39,909 nt of DNA, taken from NCBI GenBank assembly GCA_017383345.1, contig JAFNYE010000138.1, positions 1 to 39,909 of the forward strand, written 5' to 3'. The position numbers were made by a program, and so were the translations under genes. Source of the stretch: Alistipes sp. (GTDB taxonomy: Bacteria > Bacteroidota > Bacteroidia > Bacteroidales > Rikenellaceae). Positions 9,414-18,018 of this stretch are shown here, in pieces (position 1 is the stretch's first letter; every line of letters starts with the position of its first letter). The notes under the pieces were generated by a model, which was not told the origin of the DNA, ran no database searches, and worked only from the letters and a program-made list of their open reading frames with translations.

Positions 9414-11206
9414 TACTTTGCTACGATTGAGATATCATCAAGCAAGAATCTCTTCTGACGGATACGGATTGCAACATTGTCACCTGGCTTAAGGACAACC
9501 TCAGCAGAGTAAGTAGTCCACTTACCCTCCCAGAGGTAGTTGCTCTCGTCGGTGTACTCAACGCAAGCGCGATCCATATTGAACTCAACAACCTCCTCAT
9601 AGTTGCCATCGCGACCGAGCTCGATAGTAGCCTTACATACATCGGTTAATACAGGGCAAGCCTTGAATGAGATGATACAAGGAGTACCCTCTGGCTTAAG
9701 GAGCTCGTGGGTAAGCTTAGGAGTAGAGAGGTAGTTGTAAGTCTCGCTACCAGCACCGCACTTGATGTAACCCTGCTGAGCAGTAAATGAGTCAGATGCG
9801 TGCCAGCCCTCCAAAGTACCACCCTTAGGGCCGATAACATAGTTCTGAACCTCGCTATCCTTGTGGGTAGTGTTACCATCAAGGAATGGAGCCTTAGAAG
9901 AGATACCCCAAGTACCGAAGAGGTGAGTTGTAGCAGCTGGGTAAACACACCACTCAGCGGTTGTGATACCTGGCCAAGGGTTAGTATAGTTAGCCTTGCT
10001 GCCAATACGAGGAGTTGTACCAGCTGCCATATTCATAAAGTCCATCTGCATTGCCATAGCGTCGAAGCCCTCGAAGAGGATCTCCTTAGCTGCAGGAACA
10101 TGCGACTTCTCTGTCTTAACCTCAAATACTGGAGAGTACATTGAGTTACCGAGAGGGAAGGTCATCTTAACACCCTGAGAAGTAACGCCGGCAACAGTCA
10201 TAACACGGAAGTAGTACTTAGTGTCTGGTGTAAGCTGACCAAATGATACTGCAGGAGGAGCGTTGTAGTTAGAACCGTCCTTCTTACCCAACCAAGATGT
10301 AGCACCGTAAGCGGTAACAACATCAGCCTGACCGTCAACGCAGTCGAGGTCATAAACGAGGTTCTTCATCTCAGGATCAGTTGCGAGCTGAACATGGTAA
10401 GCACGATTAGCGTTACCATTACCGCTAAGGTCTGTCCAACCTACAGCAACATTGGTTGGGCTGACATTGCGAGTAAGGTGCCAGATGTCACCAGTCTTAC
10501 CGGTAAGGTTTGAAACTGACTGCTCGCCATAAGGAGCGATAGCCTTAAGGGTGAGGTTGAAGTCTGTGTTGAGTGGAAGCGGGCCAACGCAGAGAGTAGT
10601 CTCAGTATCGGTCTTCTGAGCAACCATAGACTCAAGCTTCTTGTCACCGTTGTAAACCTCATAAGTGGTGTCAACCATAGTGTCGAAGTAAACCCAAGCG
10701 AAGCCGATACCACCCTTTACCTGTGCAGTAAGAGGATCGTCCTTACCAGCGATACCGTGACCTACCTTGATACGAGCAGGCTCGCCTGCGGTGTCATTAA
10801 GAGTTACCCAATTAGAGTAAATTGAGTTAGGGTAGTTAGCACGCATACGAATCCAATAGCTACGACCCTGGAGAAGACCCTCGAACAAAACTGCATCGTA
10901 AATTGCAGTTGACTCAGGATCCTTCGGTACAAGAACAGTCTTAGAAACAGTTGCGTCGTATGGGTCTGCAGTAGCACCCGCACTTGTCAACAACTGTACT
11001 GTAAATGAAGTTGCGCCTGCCTGAACAGCAGCAGTCGCATCCCAGCATACAGAGATAGAGCTCTCTGAAGAGCCAATCTCGTCGTATGCCAATTCGCTTG
11101 GTGTAGGAACATTAGCGTCAACTCCGAAGTTCTCCTCAGGAGCGCAACCACACAATGCTACAGACATCATAGCGAACACAGCTATAAGTTTGCGATTGAT
11201 TTTCAT
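9413..11206 (-). CDS. Surface lipoprotein with fibronectin type III-like domains, function unknown
   Basis: Likely start ATG 11206 (MKINRKLIAVFAMMSVALCGC, lipobox); FN3-like motifs SSISVCWD..GLLQGRSYWIRMRA..YSNW and VAVGWT..LTPDTKYYFRV; jelly-roll-like end FLLDDISI. Confidence 0.75.
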   Translation of the reverse strand: MKINRKLIAVFAMMSVALCGCAPEENFGVDANVPTPSELAYDEIGSSESSISVCWDATAAVQAGATSFTVQLLTSAGATADPYDATVSKTVLVPKDPESTAIYDAVLFEGLLQGRSYWIRMRANYPNSIYSNWVTLNDTAGEPARIKVGHGIAGKDDPLTAQVKGGIGFAWVYFDTMVDTTYEVYNGDKKLESMVAQKTDTETTLCVGPLPLNTDFNLTLKAIAPYGEQSVSNLTGKTGDIWHLTRNVSPTNVAVGWTDLSGNGNANRAYHVQLATDPEMKNLVYDLDCVDGQADVVTAYGATSWLGKKDGSNYNAPPAVSFGQLTPDTKYYFRVMTVAGVTSQGVKMTFPLGNSMYSPVFEVKTEKSHVPAAKEILFEGFDAMAMQMDFMNMAAGTTPRIGSKANYTNPWPGITTAEWCVYPAATTHLFGTWGISSKAPFLDGNTTHKDSEVQNYVIGPKGGTLEGWHASDSFTAQQGYIKCGAGSETYNYLSTPKLTHELLKPEGTPCIISFKACPVLTDVCKATIELGRDGNYEEVVEFNMDRACVEYTDESNYLWEGKWTTYSAEVVLKPGDNVAIRIRQKRFLLDDISIVAK

Positions 11207-11362
11207 AAAAATTTTTTGAACTGGTTGATAATTAAATACAACAAAAATCAAGGTCGGACTTTTACATCCACCCTAACTCTCATTATTCCAATTCAAAACT
11301 TCTGTGAGGCAAAAACGAACGCTTTCGACACTCACGAAGTGATATGCATACGAACTACATTA

Positions 11363-11394
11363 CAAAAATATGTTTTTTTTCTCAAACCGCCAAA
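11363..11394 (-). promoter_or_regulatory. Bacteroidetes primary-sigma promoter for the FN3-like lipoprotein
   Basis: Minus strand TTTG (11391-11394), 20-nt spacer, TATTTTTG (11363-11370), matching the -33 TTTG / -7 TAnnTTTG consensus. Confidence 0.7.
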
Positions 11395-11449
11395 TATATT
11401 TAACTATTTTTTCAGTCAACCAACCATTTTTCAAAAACCAACAACAATT

Positions 11450-12424
11450 ATGAAACAGCAGAACAATTTAACAAAGCGGGCAAAGCTCCCTATTTACCTG
11501 ACAGTCTATGCGCAACATTTAGCTCATTTTTTGGTCCAAATCAACAGAGTCCGCACAGCCGAGACATATACCGCAGCCGTAAAGAGTTTTATAAAATTTC
11601 GCAACGGCGAGGATATAAAGTTGTGTAAATTAGACAATTCGACAGTTTTAGCATACGAAGCCCACCTCAAAAATGCAGGCGTTTCGGCAAATACATCATC
11701 GTTTTATTTACGCAACTTACGAGCCATTTACAATCGGGCCGTTGAAGAAGGGCTTATCAAACAAAAATTCCCTTTCCGACACACATACACAGGTATAAGC
11801 AAGACCACCAAACGAGCCATCAACATTGAGCAGCTAAAGGAGATTATCAACACCGACCTATCGGACCGAAAACATATTCAACTCGCTGCCGATATATTTC
11901 TATTCAGTTTCTTTACACGCGGGACGGCATTTATAGACATAGTCAAACTGCGCCACAACAACATAAAAAACGGATTTTTAATCTACCAACGCAGCAAAAC
12001 GGGGCAAACAATAAAAATTCGCATAGAGCAATGTATGCAATGTATCATTGACAAATACGCAAATTCAGGCAATGAATACCTGTTACCTATATTAAAAAAT
12101 AGCGTTGACATACGACGCGAGTACATCAACGCACAACATAGGACTAACAAACATCTGAAAATTTTGGGGAGAGAGATTGGTCTGACAATGCCACTGACGA
12201 CCTATGTTGCCCGCCATAGCTGGGCAAGCATAGCTCACAGTTGCCAAATACCTATTGCCACCATCAGCGACGCCTTAGGCCACAACAACGAGGCGACCAC
12301 ACGCATCTACATCGCATCGTTAGACAACAGAGCTGTTGATGATGCTAACTCCTACATTTTACAGCAATTTGGCACCTCTCTTAATAAGAGAGGGAATGCT
12401 TTAACAAAAGTAGAAAAAAAATAG
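11450..12424 (+). CDS. Tyrosine site-specific recombinase (SAM-like plus catalytic domain), probable local DNA invertase
   Basis: Likely start ATG 11450 (MKQQNN); YLRNLRAIYNRA, FFTRGTAFIDI, YQRSKTG, TTYVARHSWA, LGH..TTRIY; no arm-binding domain seen; 3' end overlaps an inverted repeat. Confidence 0.92.
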   Translation: MKQQNNLTKRAKLPIYLTVYAQHLAHFLVQINRVRTAETYTAAVKSFIKFRNGEDIKLCKLDNSTVLAYEAHLKNAGVSANTSSFYLRNLRAIYNRAVEEGLIKQKFPFRHTYTGISKTTKRAINIEQLKEIINTDLSDRKHIQLAADIFLFSFFTRGTAFIDIVKLRHNNIKNGFLIYQRSKTGQTIKIRIEQCMQCIIDKYANSGNEYLLPILKNSVDIRREYINAQHRTNKHLKILGREIGLTMPLTTYVARHSWASIAHSCQIPIATISDALGHNNEATTRIYIASLDNRAVDDANSYILQQFGTSLNKRGNALTKVEKK

Positions 12425-12535
12425 TAACAAACCAAATTTTGATTGAAAAATATTTTTTTTGTGACCTGTGGAAAGGGTCGTAAAACGCCTCGCGAGGGAT
12501 GTTGTGGCGCTATAGTTCATCTCTTATTAAGAGAG
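12376..12535. mobile_element. Invertible DNA segment (inverton) bounded by perfect 16-bp inverted repeats
   Basis: CTCTCTTAATAAGAGA (12376-12391) and its exact reverse complement TCTCTTATTAAGAGAG (12520-12535); each site is itself a dyad with an asymmetric centre; lies between recombinase and susC. Confidence 0.85.
12405..12436 (-). promoter_or_regulatory. Promoter within the invertible segment, pointing away from susC (OFF orientation)
   Basis: Minus strand TTTG (12433-12436), 20-nt spacer, TACTTTTG (12405-12412). Confidence 0.75.
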
Positions 12536-12711
12536 TGGCGGCAAAACAGAAAAGAAATTAACGGAAGTTTAACAAGAAAACAACTAAAAACAAAAAGACA
12601 GCCCCAACGATCAAAATTCTAATTTTCAGTGCATTACGACCTACAACCAACACCCAAAAGTTTTGTTTTGCAAGGCTTAGGGACTAAAAACTAAATTACA
12701 AACTGAAAATT

Positions 12712-15700
12712 ATGAAACACGTCTTACTATCGATTTCCGGCAGATTCGGAAAAGTGTTGACCGGCGTTCTGTGTGCAGTAGCTTTGCTCGCAGCAGGTAA
12801 TGTGTCAGCGCAGACTCGAACTATTACCGGTAAAGTTATCGACGCTGCAACTAAGGCTCCTATGCCAGGCGCAGCAATCGTTGTTAAGGGTTCATCGACC
12901 GGTACAGCAGCAGACGCTAACGGTCAGTACACCATTAGTGCTTCAGCAACAGATGTTCTGGAGTGCTCTTTCTTCGGCTACACAACTGCTGAAGTTACAG
13001 TAGGCAACCGTTCTGTTGTTGACTTCGCAATCTCTGAATCAAGTACAGCTATCGACGAGCTCGTTGTCGTAGGTTATGGTACCCTGAAGAAGGCTCAGCT
13101 CGTAGGTGCCGTTGAGAACCTCGGTGGCGAGGAGCTCGAGGGTCGTGCAACTTCAAATGTATCTCGTACCCTCCAGGGTATGGTTCCAGGTTTGAACATT
13201 ATGCCTCGAGACGGTAAGCCTACACAGGGTGGTGAGATCTACATCCGTGGTGGTTCTCAGTCAGTATCTATGCGTACGTCAACCGGCTCAGGTACAGGTA
13301 AGACCGTTAAGCTCGGTCAGGGTGGTTCTGCACTCGTTCTCATCGACGGCGTTGAGGGTGACCTTAACTCTGTAAACCCTGAGGATGTTGAGAACATCTC
13401 TGTATTGAAGGATGCTGCGTCTGCATCAGTTTATGGTGCTCGTGGTGCTTATGGTGTAATCCTCGTTACCACTAAGACTCCGTCTAAGGACAAGGTTACC
13501 ATCAGCTACAACGGCTCTGTATCGCTCAACACTCGTACAATCAAGTGGGAGGACAACCTCGTTTCTGACGGTTTGCTTTGGTTGGATAACTTCACAAACT
13601 ACTTCCAGAACGACTCTCGTACCCCAACTTCAACAGGTAAGCTCGCTTCTGCGGTAAACAACCGTAACAACACTTACTCTGCTGCTTATCACGAGGAGTT
13701 CCGCAAGCGTAAGAACGACCCTACTTATGAGAACTATGGTAAGGTTCACGGTATCTTCCCAGGCACTGAGAAGAACTATGCTTACTACGGCTCTACAAAC
13801 TGGGTTGACTTGTTCTATCGCGATATGAACACCAGCCACACTCACAACCTCTCTGTTGCAGGTTCTTCTGAGCGAGTTAAGTACTCTATCTCAGGTCGTT
13901 ACCACAACCAGGACGGTATCTACGAGTTTGGCAACGAGCAGTACAACGCTTACAACCTCCGCGCTAAGGGTGAGGTTAAGGTGTTCAAGTGGCTCACACT
14001 CGGTAACAATACCTCTATTTATCATCAGAAATATCACCAGCCAATGGTAACCGGTGGTGCTCAGCCAATCCTTCGTCAGTTTGAGCACCGTGGTCAGCCT
14101 ATCTATACTCCTTACAATGAGGACGGTACACTCTCATTCTACGGTGCTGCTGTAATGTACGGCGCATTCTCAGGTGACCAGTCTTATCAGGAGAACCTCA
14201 AGATGTACGCTTCGACCACTACTACTTTGGTTGCTGAGCCTATCAAGGATGTACTCAAGATTTCGGGTGACTTCACTTACAAGGCAAACCGTAACACTCA
14301 GTTGCGCGTTTCTCCTATCCAGAGCGGTTACAACGGTATCGGTGCATTGGAGACTTACAACAACTCATCTTACAAGTCAGACTGGCGTTACAACACCGAC
14401 TACTTGGCAGCTAATGCAGTCCTCACTTGGACTCCAAAACTCGGTAAGAACCACGACCTTAGCGTAATGGCTGGTTGGAACATCGAGTCAACCAAGTATC
14501 GTCGTCTCTACCTCCAGCGTCTTGGCCTTATGGATCCAAACCGTCCTTCATTCGAGTTGATGGACTCCCAGGAGTACTCAGTTGACGATGACGGTTACGA
14601 CCACAACCTCGTTGGTGTATTTGCTCGTATCAACTACTCACTTCTCGGCCGTTACATCTTCGAGTTCGCAGGTCGTTACGACGGTGAGTCTCGCTTCCCA
14701 TCTAACCAGCGTTGGGGTTTCTTCCCTTCAGGTTCGATTGGTTGGCGTATTGCTGAGGAGCCTTGGATGGAGTGGTCTCGCGATTGGTTGGACAACTTCA
14801 AGGTTCGTGCAAATGTTGGTTCACTCGGTAACTCAATGATCGATGACTATGCATTTATGGACCTTTGGGCAGTTGACAAGACCTCTGAGATCATCAATGG
14901 TCAGAAGGTTCCTTATGTAACTACCAACGGTATGGTATCAGGCTCACTTACTTGGGAGACTATCACTACTTACGACTTGGGTCTTGATTTGGACTTCCTC
15001 GGCAACCGTCTCTCATTCTCTGGTGACCTCTACTGGAAGTACACTACCAATATGCTTACAGCTGGTCCTGACTACCCTGCAATCCTCGGTGAGAACTCAC
15101 CTATGATTAACTACGGTAGCCTTAAGACTAAGGGTTGGGAGGCAGCTTTGACTTGGCGTGACAACTTCAAGGCAGGCGGTAAGGACTTCAACTACTCTAT
15201 CCGTTTCGCTGTATGGGACAGCCGTATGTGGATCCACAAGTTCTCTAACGAGTCAGGCAATATCTATAACTTCTACGAGGGTATGGAGCTTGGTGATGTA
15301 TGGGGCTTCAAGACCGCAGGTTACTTCTTGAGCAACGAGGAGGCTATGAACTGGGCAACCGACTCATTCCACAAGAATGGTTCTAACTTCAAGGCATTCG
15401 CTGGTGACCTTAAGTTCGTTGATATCAATGGTGACGGTAAGATTGACACCGGTAAGGGTACTTTGGATGACCACGGTGACTTGACTATCATCGGTAACGA
15501 GCGCGCACGCTACCACTTCGGTGTTAACCTCAACGGTAACTGGAACGGTATCGGCCTTAGCATCTTCTTGCAGGGTGTTATGAAGCGTAACTGGTATCCT
15601 GATCAGGAGTCTGGTTTCTTCTGGGGTATGTACAACCGTCCTTACGGTTACTTACCAAAGGTACACGTTAACGACCGCGTAGAGGTGGATTACAGCACTG

Positions 15701-16092
15701 AGAACTGGGTAGTAACCAACCCTGGTGCATACTACACTCGTGCCGTTGCATACGCTGCTAACCGTAACGTAGGTCCTCTCGCATACGAGAACGACTACTA
15801 CTTGCAGGATGTATCTTACCTCCGTGTTAAGAACATCACTTTGGATTACACATTCCCTTCAGAGCTTACTAAGAAGTGGCACATCGAGAAGTTGAAGGTT
15901 TACTTCACTGCTGAGAACCCATTCACATTCTCTAAGCTCTACAAGCACACAAAGATGTTTGACCCAGAGGTTATCGGCGCTGGTGATACCGACTTTAACG
16001 ATGGCGGTAAGACTGGTTTGGATGGTTCTGGTCAGGGTTATTCATACCCAATGCTTAAGACCTTCACATTTGGTTTGAATATCACTTTCTAA
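12712..16092 (+). CDS. susC: SusC/RagA TonB-dependent transporter without STN domain
   Basis: Signal peptide ending VSA-Q; DELVVVGYG; ISVLKDAASASVYGARGAYGVILVTTK; LTWETITTYDLGLD; ends FTFGLNITF. Confidence 0.96.
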   Translation: MKHVLLSISGRFGKVLTGVLCAVALLAAGNVSAQTRTITGKVIDAATKAPMPGAAIVVKGSSTGTAADANGQYTISASATDVLECSFFGYTTAEVTVGNRSVVDFAISESSTAIDELVVVGYGTLKKAQLVGAVENLGGEELEGRATSNVSRTLQGMVPGLNIMPRDGKPTQGGEIYIRGGSQSVSMRTSTGSGTGKTVKLGQGGSALVLIDGVEGDLNSVNPEDVENISVLKDAASASVYGARGAYGVILVTTKTPSKDKVTISYNGSVSLNTRTIKWEDNLVSDGLLWLDNFTNYFQNDSRTPTSTGKLASAVNNRNNTYSAAYHEEFRKRKNDPTYENYGKVHGIFPGTEKNYAYYGSTNWVDLFYRDMNTSHTHNLSVAGSSERVKYSISGRYHNQDGIYEFGNEQYNAYNLRAKGEVKVFKWLTLGNNTSIYHQKYHQPMVTGGAQPILRQFEHRGQPIYTPYNEDGTLSFYGAAVMYGAFSGDQSYQENLKMYASTTTTLVAEPIKDVLKISGDFTYKANRNTQLRVSPIQSGYNGIGALETYNNSSYKSDWRYNTDYLAANAVLTWTPKLGKNHDLSVMAGWNIESTKYRRLYLQRLGLMDPNRPSFELMDSQEYSVDDDGYDHNLVGVFARINYSLLGRYIFEFAGRYDGESRFPSNQRWGFFPSGSIGWRIAEEPWMEWSRDWLDNFKVRANVGSLGNSMIDDYAFMDLWAVDKTSEIINGQKVPYVTTNGMVSGSLTWETITTYDLGLDLDFLGNRLSFSGDLYWKYTTNMLTAGPDYPAILGENSPMINYGSLKTKGWEAALTWRDNFKAGGKDFNYSIRFAVWDSRMWIHKFSNESGNIYNFYEGMELGDVWGFKTAGYFLSNEEAMNWATDSFHKNGSNFKAFAGDLKFVDINGDGKIDTGKGTLDDHGDLTIIGNERARYHFGVNLNGNWNGIGLSIFLQGVMKRNWYPDQESGFFWGMYNRPYGYLPKVHVNDRVEVDYSTENWVVTNPGAYYTRAVAYAANRNVGPLAYENDYYLQDVSYLRVKNITLDYTFPSELTKKWHIEKLKVYFTAENPFTFSKLYKHTKMFDPEVIGAGDTDFNDGGKTGLDGSGQGYSYPMLKTFTFGLNITF

Positions 16093-16104
16093 TGATTTAC
16101 ATAT

Positions 16105-18003
16105 ATGAAAAAGAGTATAATTAATTTATTTGCAGTAGCAGCTATCGCCCTATCGGGTGTATCTTGCGAGAAGTTCCTCACTGTGGAGCCTATCGACAAG
16201 ATGTCGGCTGAGACATATTTCAAGAACGAGCTTGAACTTGAGCTCTTCGCTAACGGTATGATTCAATCATACTTGCCAACTGCTGATGGTCTGGGTTATA
16301 GCGATAACTTCAGTGACCTTACTTGTACCAAGACCTCTTCTGACTACTATCGTCAGGGTATTTGGAATGCACAGAAGCAGACCGGTTGGGAGGTAAGCAG
16401 CTGGCGTAACATCCGCCGCGCTAATATCTTCCTCGCTGGTACTGAGCGCTCTAAGGCTAATGTATCTGAGGCTGTTTACAAGCACTATCAGGGTGTTGCT
16501 CGCTTGTGGCGTGCATACTTCTACTATGCTAAGGTTCAGAACTTCGGTGATGTGCCTTGGATGGATCACGCTCTGGATATTGAGGACGAAATTCTCTACG
16601 CTCCACGCGACAGCCGTGAGTTCGTTATGAGCAAGGTTCTTGAGGACCTCAACTTCGCTTGCGAGAACCTCTCTGGCGACAGCAAGTACAAGGGCGTAGT
16701 TAACAAGTGGGTTGCTCTTGCATTCAAGTCACGCGTATGTCTTTACGAGGGTACTTTCCGTAAGTATCACAAGGTTAACCCTTCTACTCAGGAGGCTTGG
16801 TCAACAGAGTACGAGTCTGCTAACGACTTCCTTACTGAGTGCGTTAACGCTTCTGAGCAGCTTATGACTGAGGGTGGTTTCGGTCTTGACTCAAGCTACT
16901 ATGGTTTGTTCCACAACACCAACATCGCTTCTTCTCCTGAGGCTATCTGGTGGAGCGACTATGATGGTGGTGAGCTCAACCGTATGCACGAGCTTACTTG
17001 GGTTGTAAACTCTGGTACTTATGACCAGCAGTCTTCTCCTACCAAGACTTTGCTCAACCACTATCTCCAGAAAGACGGTACCCCTGTAACTCACGGTGGT
17101 AAGGTTGGTCCGGATGTAGAGTTCGCAAATCGTGACGCTCGTCTTGCAGCTTCTGTAATGTACCCAGGTTACACTTACGAAACCTCTGCAGGTGAGATCC
17201 TCCCTAAGCAGATGAAGACCGGTAACACTTACAACGGTTACTGCTATGTTAAGTTCTCTATCGAGAAGGAGGAGAACTACTCTAAGGGTAAGAACGACAA
17301 CGACTATCCAATTCTCCGATATGGTGAGGTTCTTCTTAACCTTGCTGAGGCAAAGGCTGAGTTGAACAACGGTAACCTTTCTCAGGCTGACTGGGACAAG
17401 ACTATCGGCGCTCTTCGTACCCGTGCAGGTGTTAAGAACATCTACCCAGGTGGTGCCGGTTATGTTTCAGACTGGACTAAGGCTTACTACGGCAACTTGA
17501 GCGATGTTCTCACTGAGATTCGTCGTGAGCGTGCTGTTGAGTTGGTAGTTGAGGGTCTTCGTGTACACGACCTCTATCGTTGGAAGCTCGGTAACCTCAT
17601 CGTTGACCGCGAGTCAAACGGTAAGGGCTGGCACGGTATCTATGTTAACGAGGCTCAGGCTGCTGTTGACGCTGCAGGTGCTGCTGCTCACCAGGCTGCT
17701 TACAACGCATTGACATCAGAGGCTGACAAGGCTGCTTATATCGCAGCTAACAAGGATAAGGTATTCGTTCTGAACGGTTACTTCTACTCGTTCAAGGGCG
17801 CTCCTGCTTCTGACCTCGGTTACAATGTAAACAACAGCGAGGCTGACCAGAACCACGCATTCTCTGAGACTAAGTCAGGCTTTGTAACTTATAACTACAA
17901 GCTTGTTTGGAACGAGCGTAACTATGTTCGTCCTGTTCCACAGTCTGCAATCAATGTTAACAAGGCGTTGACTCAGAATGTTCTCTGGGAGGGCATCAAA
18001 TAA
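16105..18003 (+). CDS. susD: SusD/RagB family nutrient-binding lipoprotein
   Basis: Lipobox SGVSC; IRRANIFL, GVARLWRAYFY, FGDVPW, PILRYGEVLLNLAEA, EIRRERAVELVVEGLR, LTQNVLW. Confidence 0.95.
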   Translation: MKKSIINLFAVAAIALSGVSCEKFLTVEPIDKMSAETYFKNELELELFANGMIQSYLPTADGLGYSDNFSDLTCTKTSSDYYRQGIWNAQKQTGWEVSSWRNIRRANIFLAGTERSKANVSEAVYKHYQGVARLWRAYFYYAKVQNFGDVPWMDHALDIEDEILYAPRDSREFVMSKVLEDLNFACENLSGDSKYKGVVNKWVALAFKSRVCLYEGTFRKYHKVNPSTQEAWSTEYESANDFLTECVNASEQLMTEGGFGLDSSYYGLFHNTNIASSPEAIWWSDYDGGELNRMHELTWVVNSGTYDQQSSPTKTLLNHYLQKDGTPVTHGGKVGPDVEFANRDARLAASVMYPGYTYETSAGEILPKQMKTGNTYNGYCYVKFSIEKEENYSKGKNDNDYPILRYGEVLLNLAEAKAELNNGNLSQADWDKTIGALRTRAGVKNIYPGGAGYVSDWTKAYYGNLSDVLTEIRRERAVELVVEGLRVHDLYRWKLGNLIVDRESNGKGWHGIYVNEAQAAVDAAGAAAHQAAYNALTSEADKAAYIAANKDKVFVLNGYFYSFKGAPASDLGYNVNNSEADQNHAFSETKSGFVTYNYKLVWNERNYVRPVPQSAINVNKALTQNVLWEGIK

Positions 18004-18018
18004 TTAACTTCTTAAAAG

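Noticed and set aside
11216-11449. 78-aa N-terminal extension of the recombinase (and 15-aa extension of the FN3 gene)
   Set aside because: AT-rich intergenic sequence holding the divergent promoter; better ATG starts at 11450 and 11206
11450-12424. Prophage or ICE integrase
   Set aside because: No arm-binding domain, excisionase, phage or conjugation genes, or tRNA target; the adjacent inverted repeats fit a local invertase
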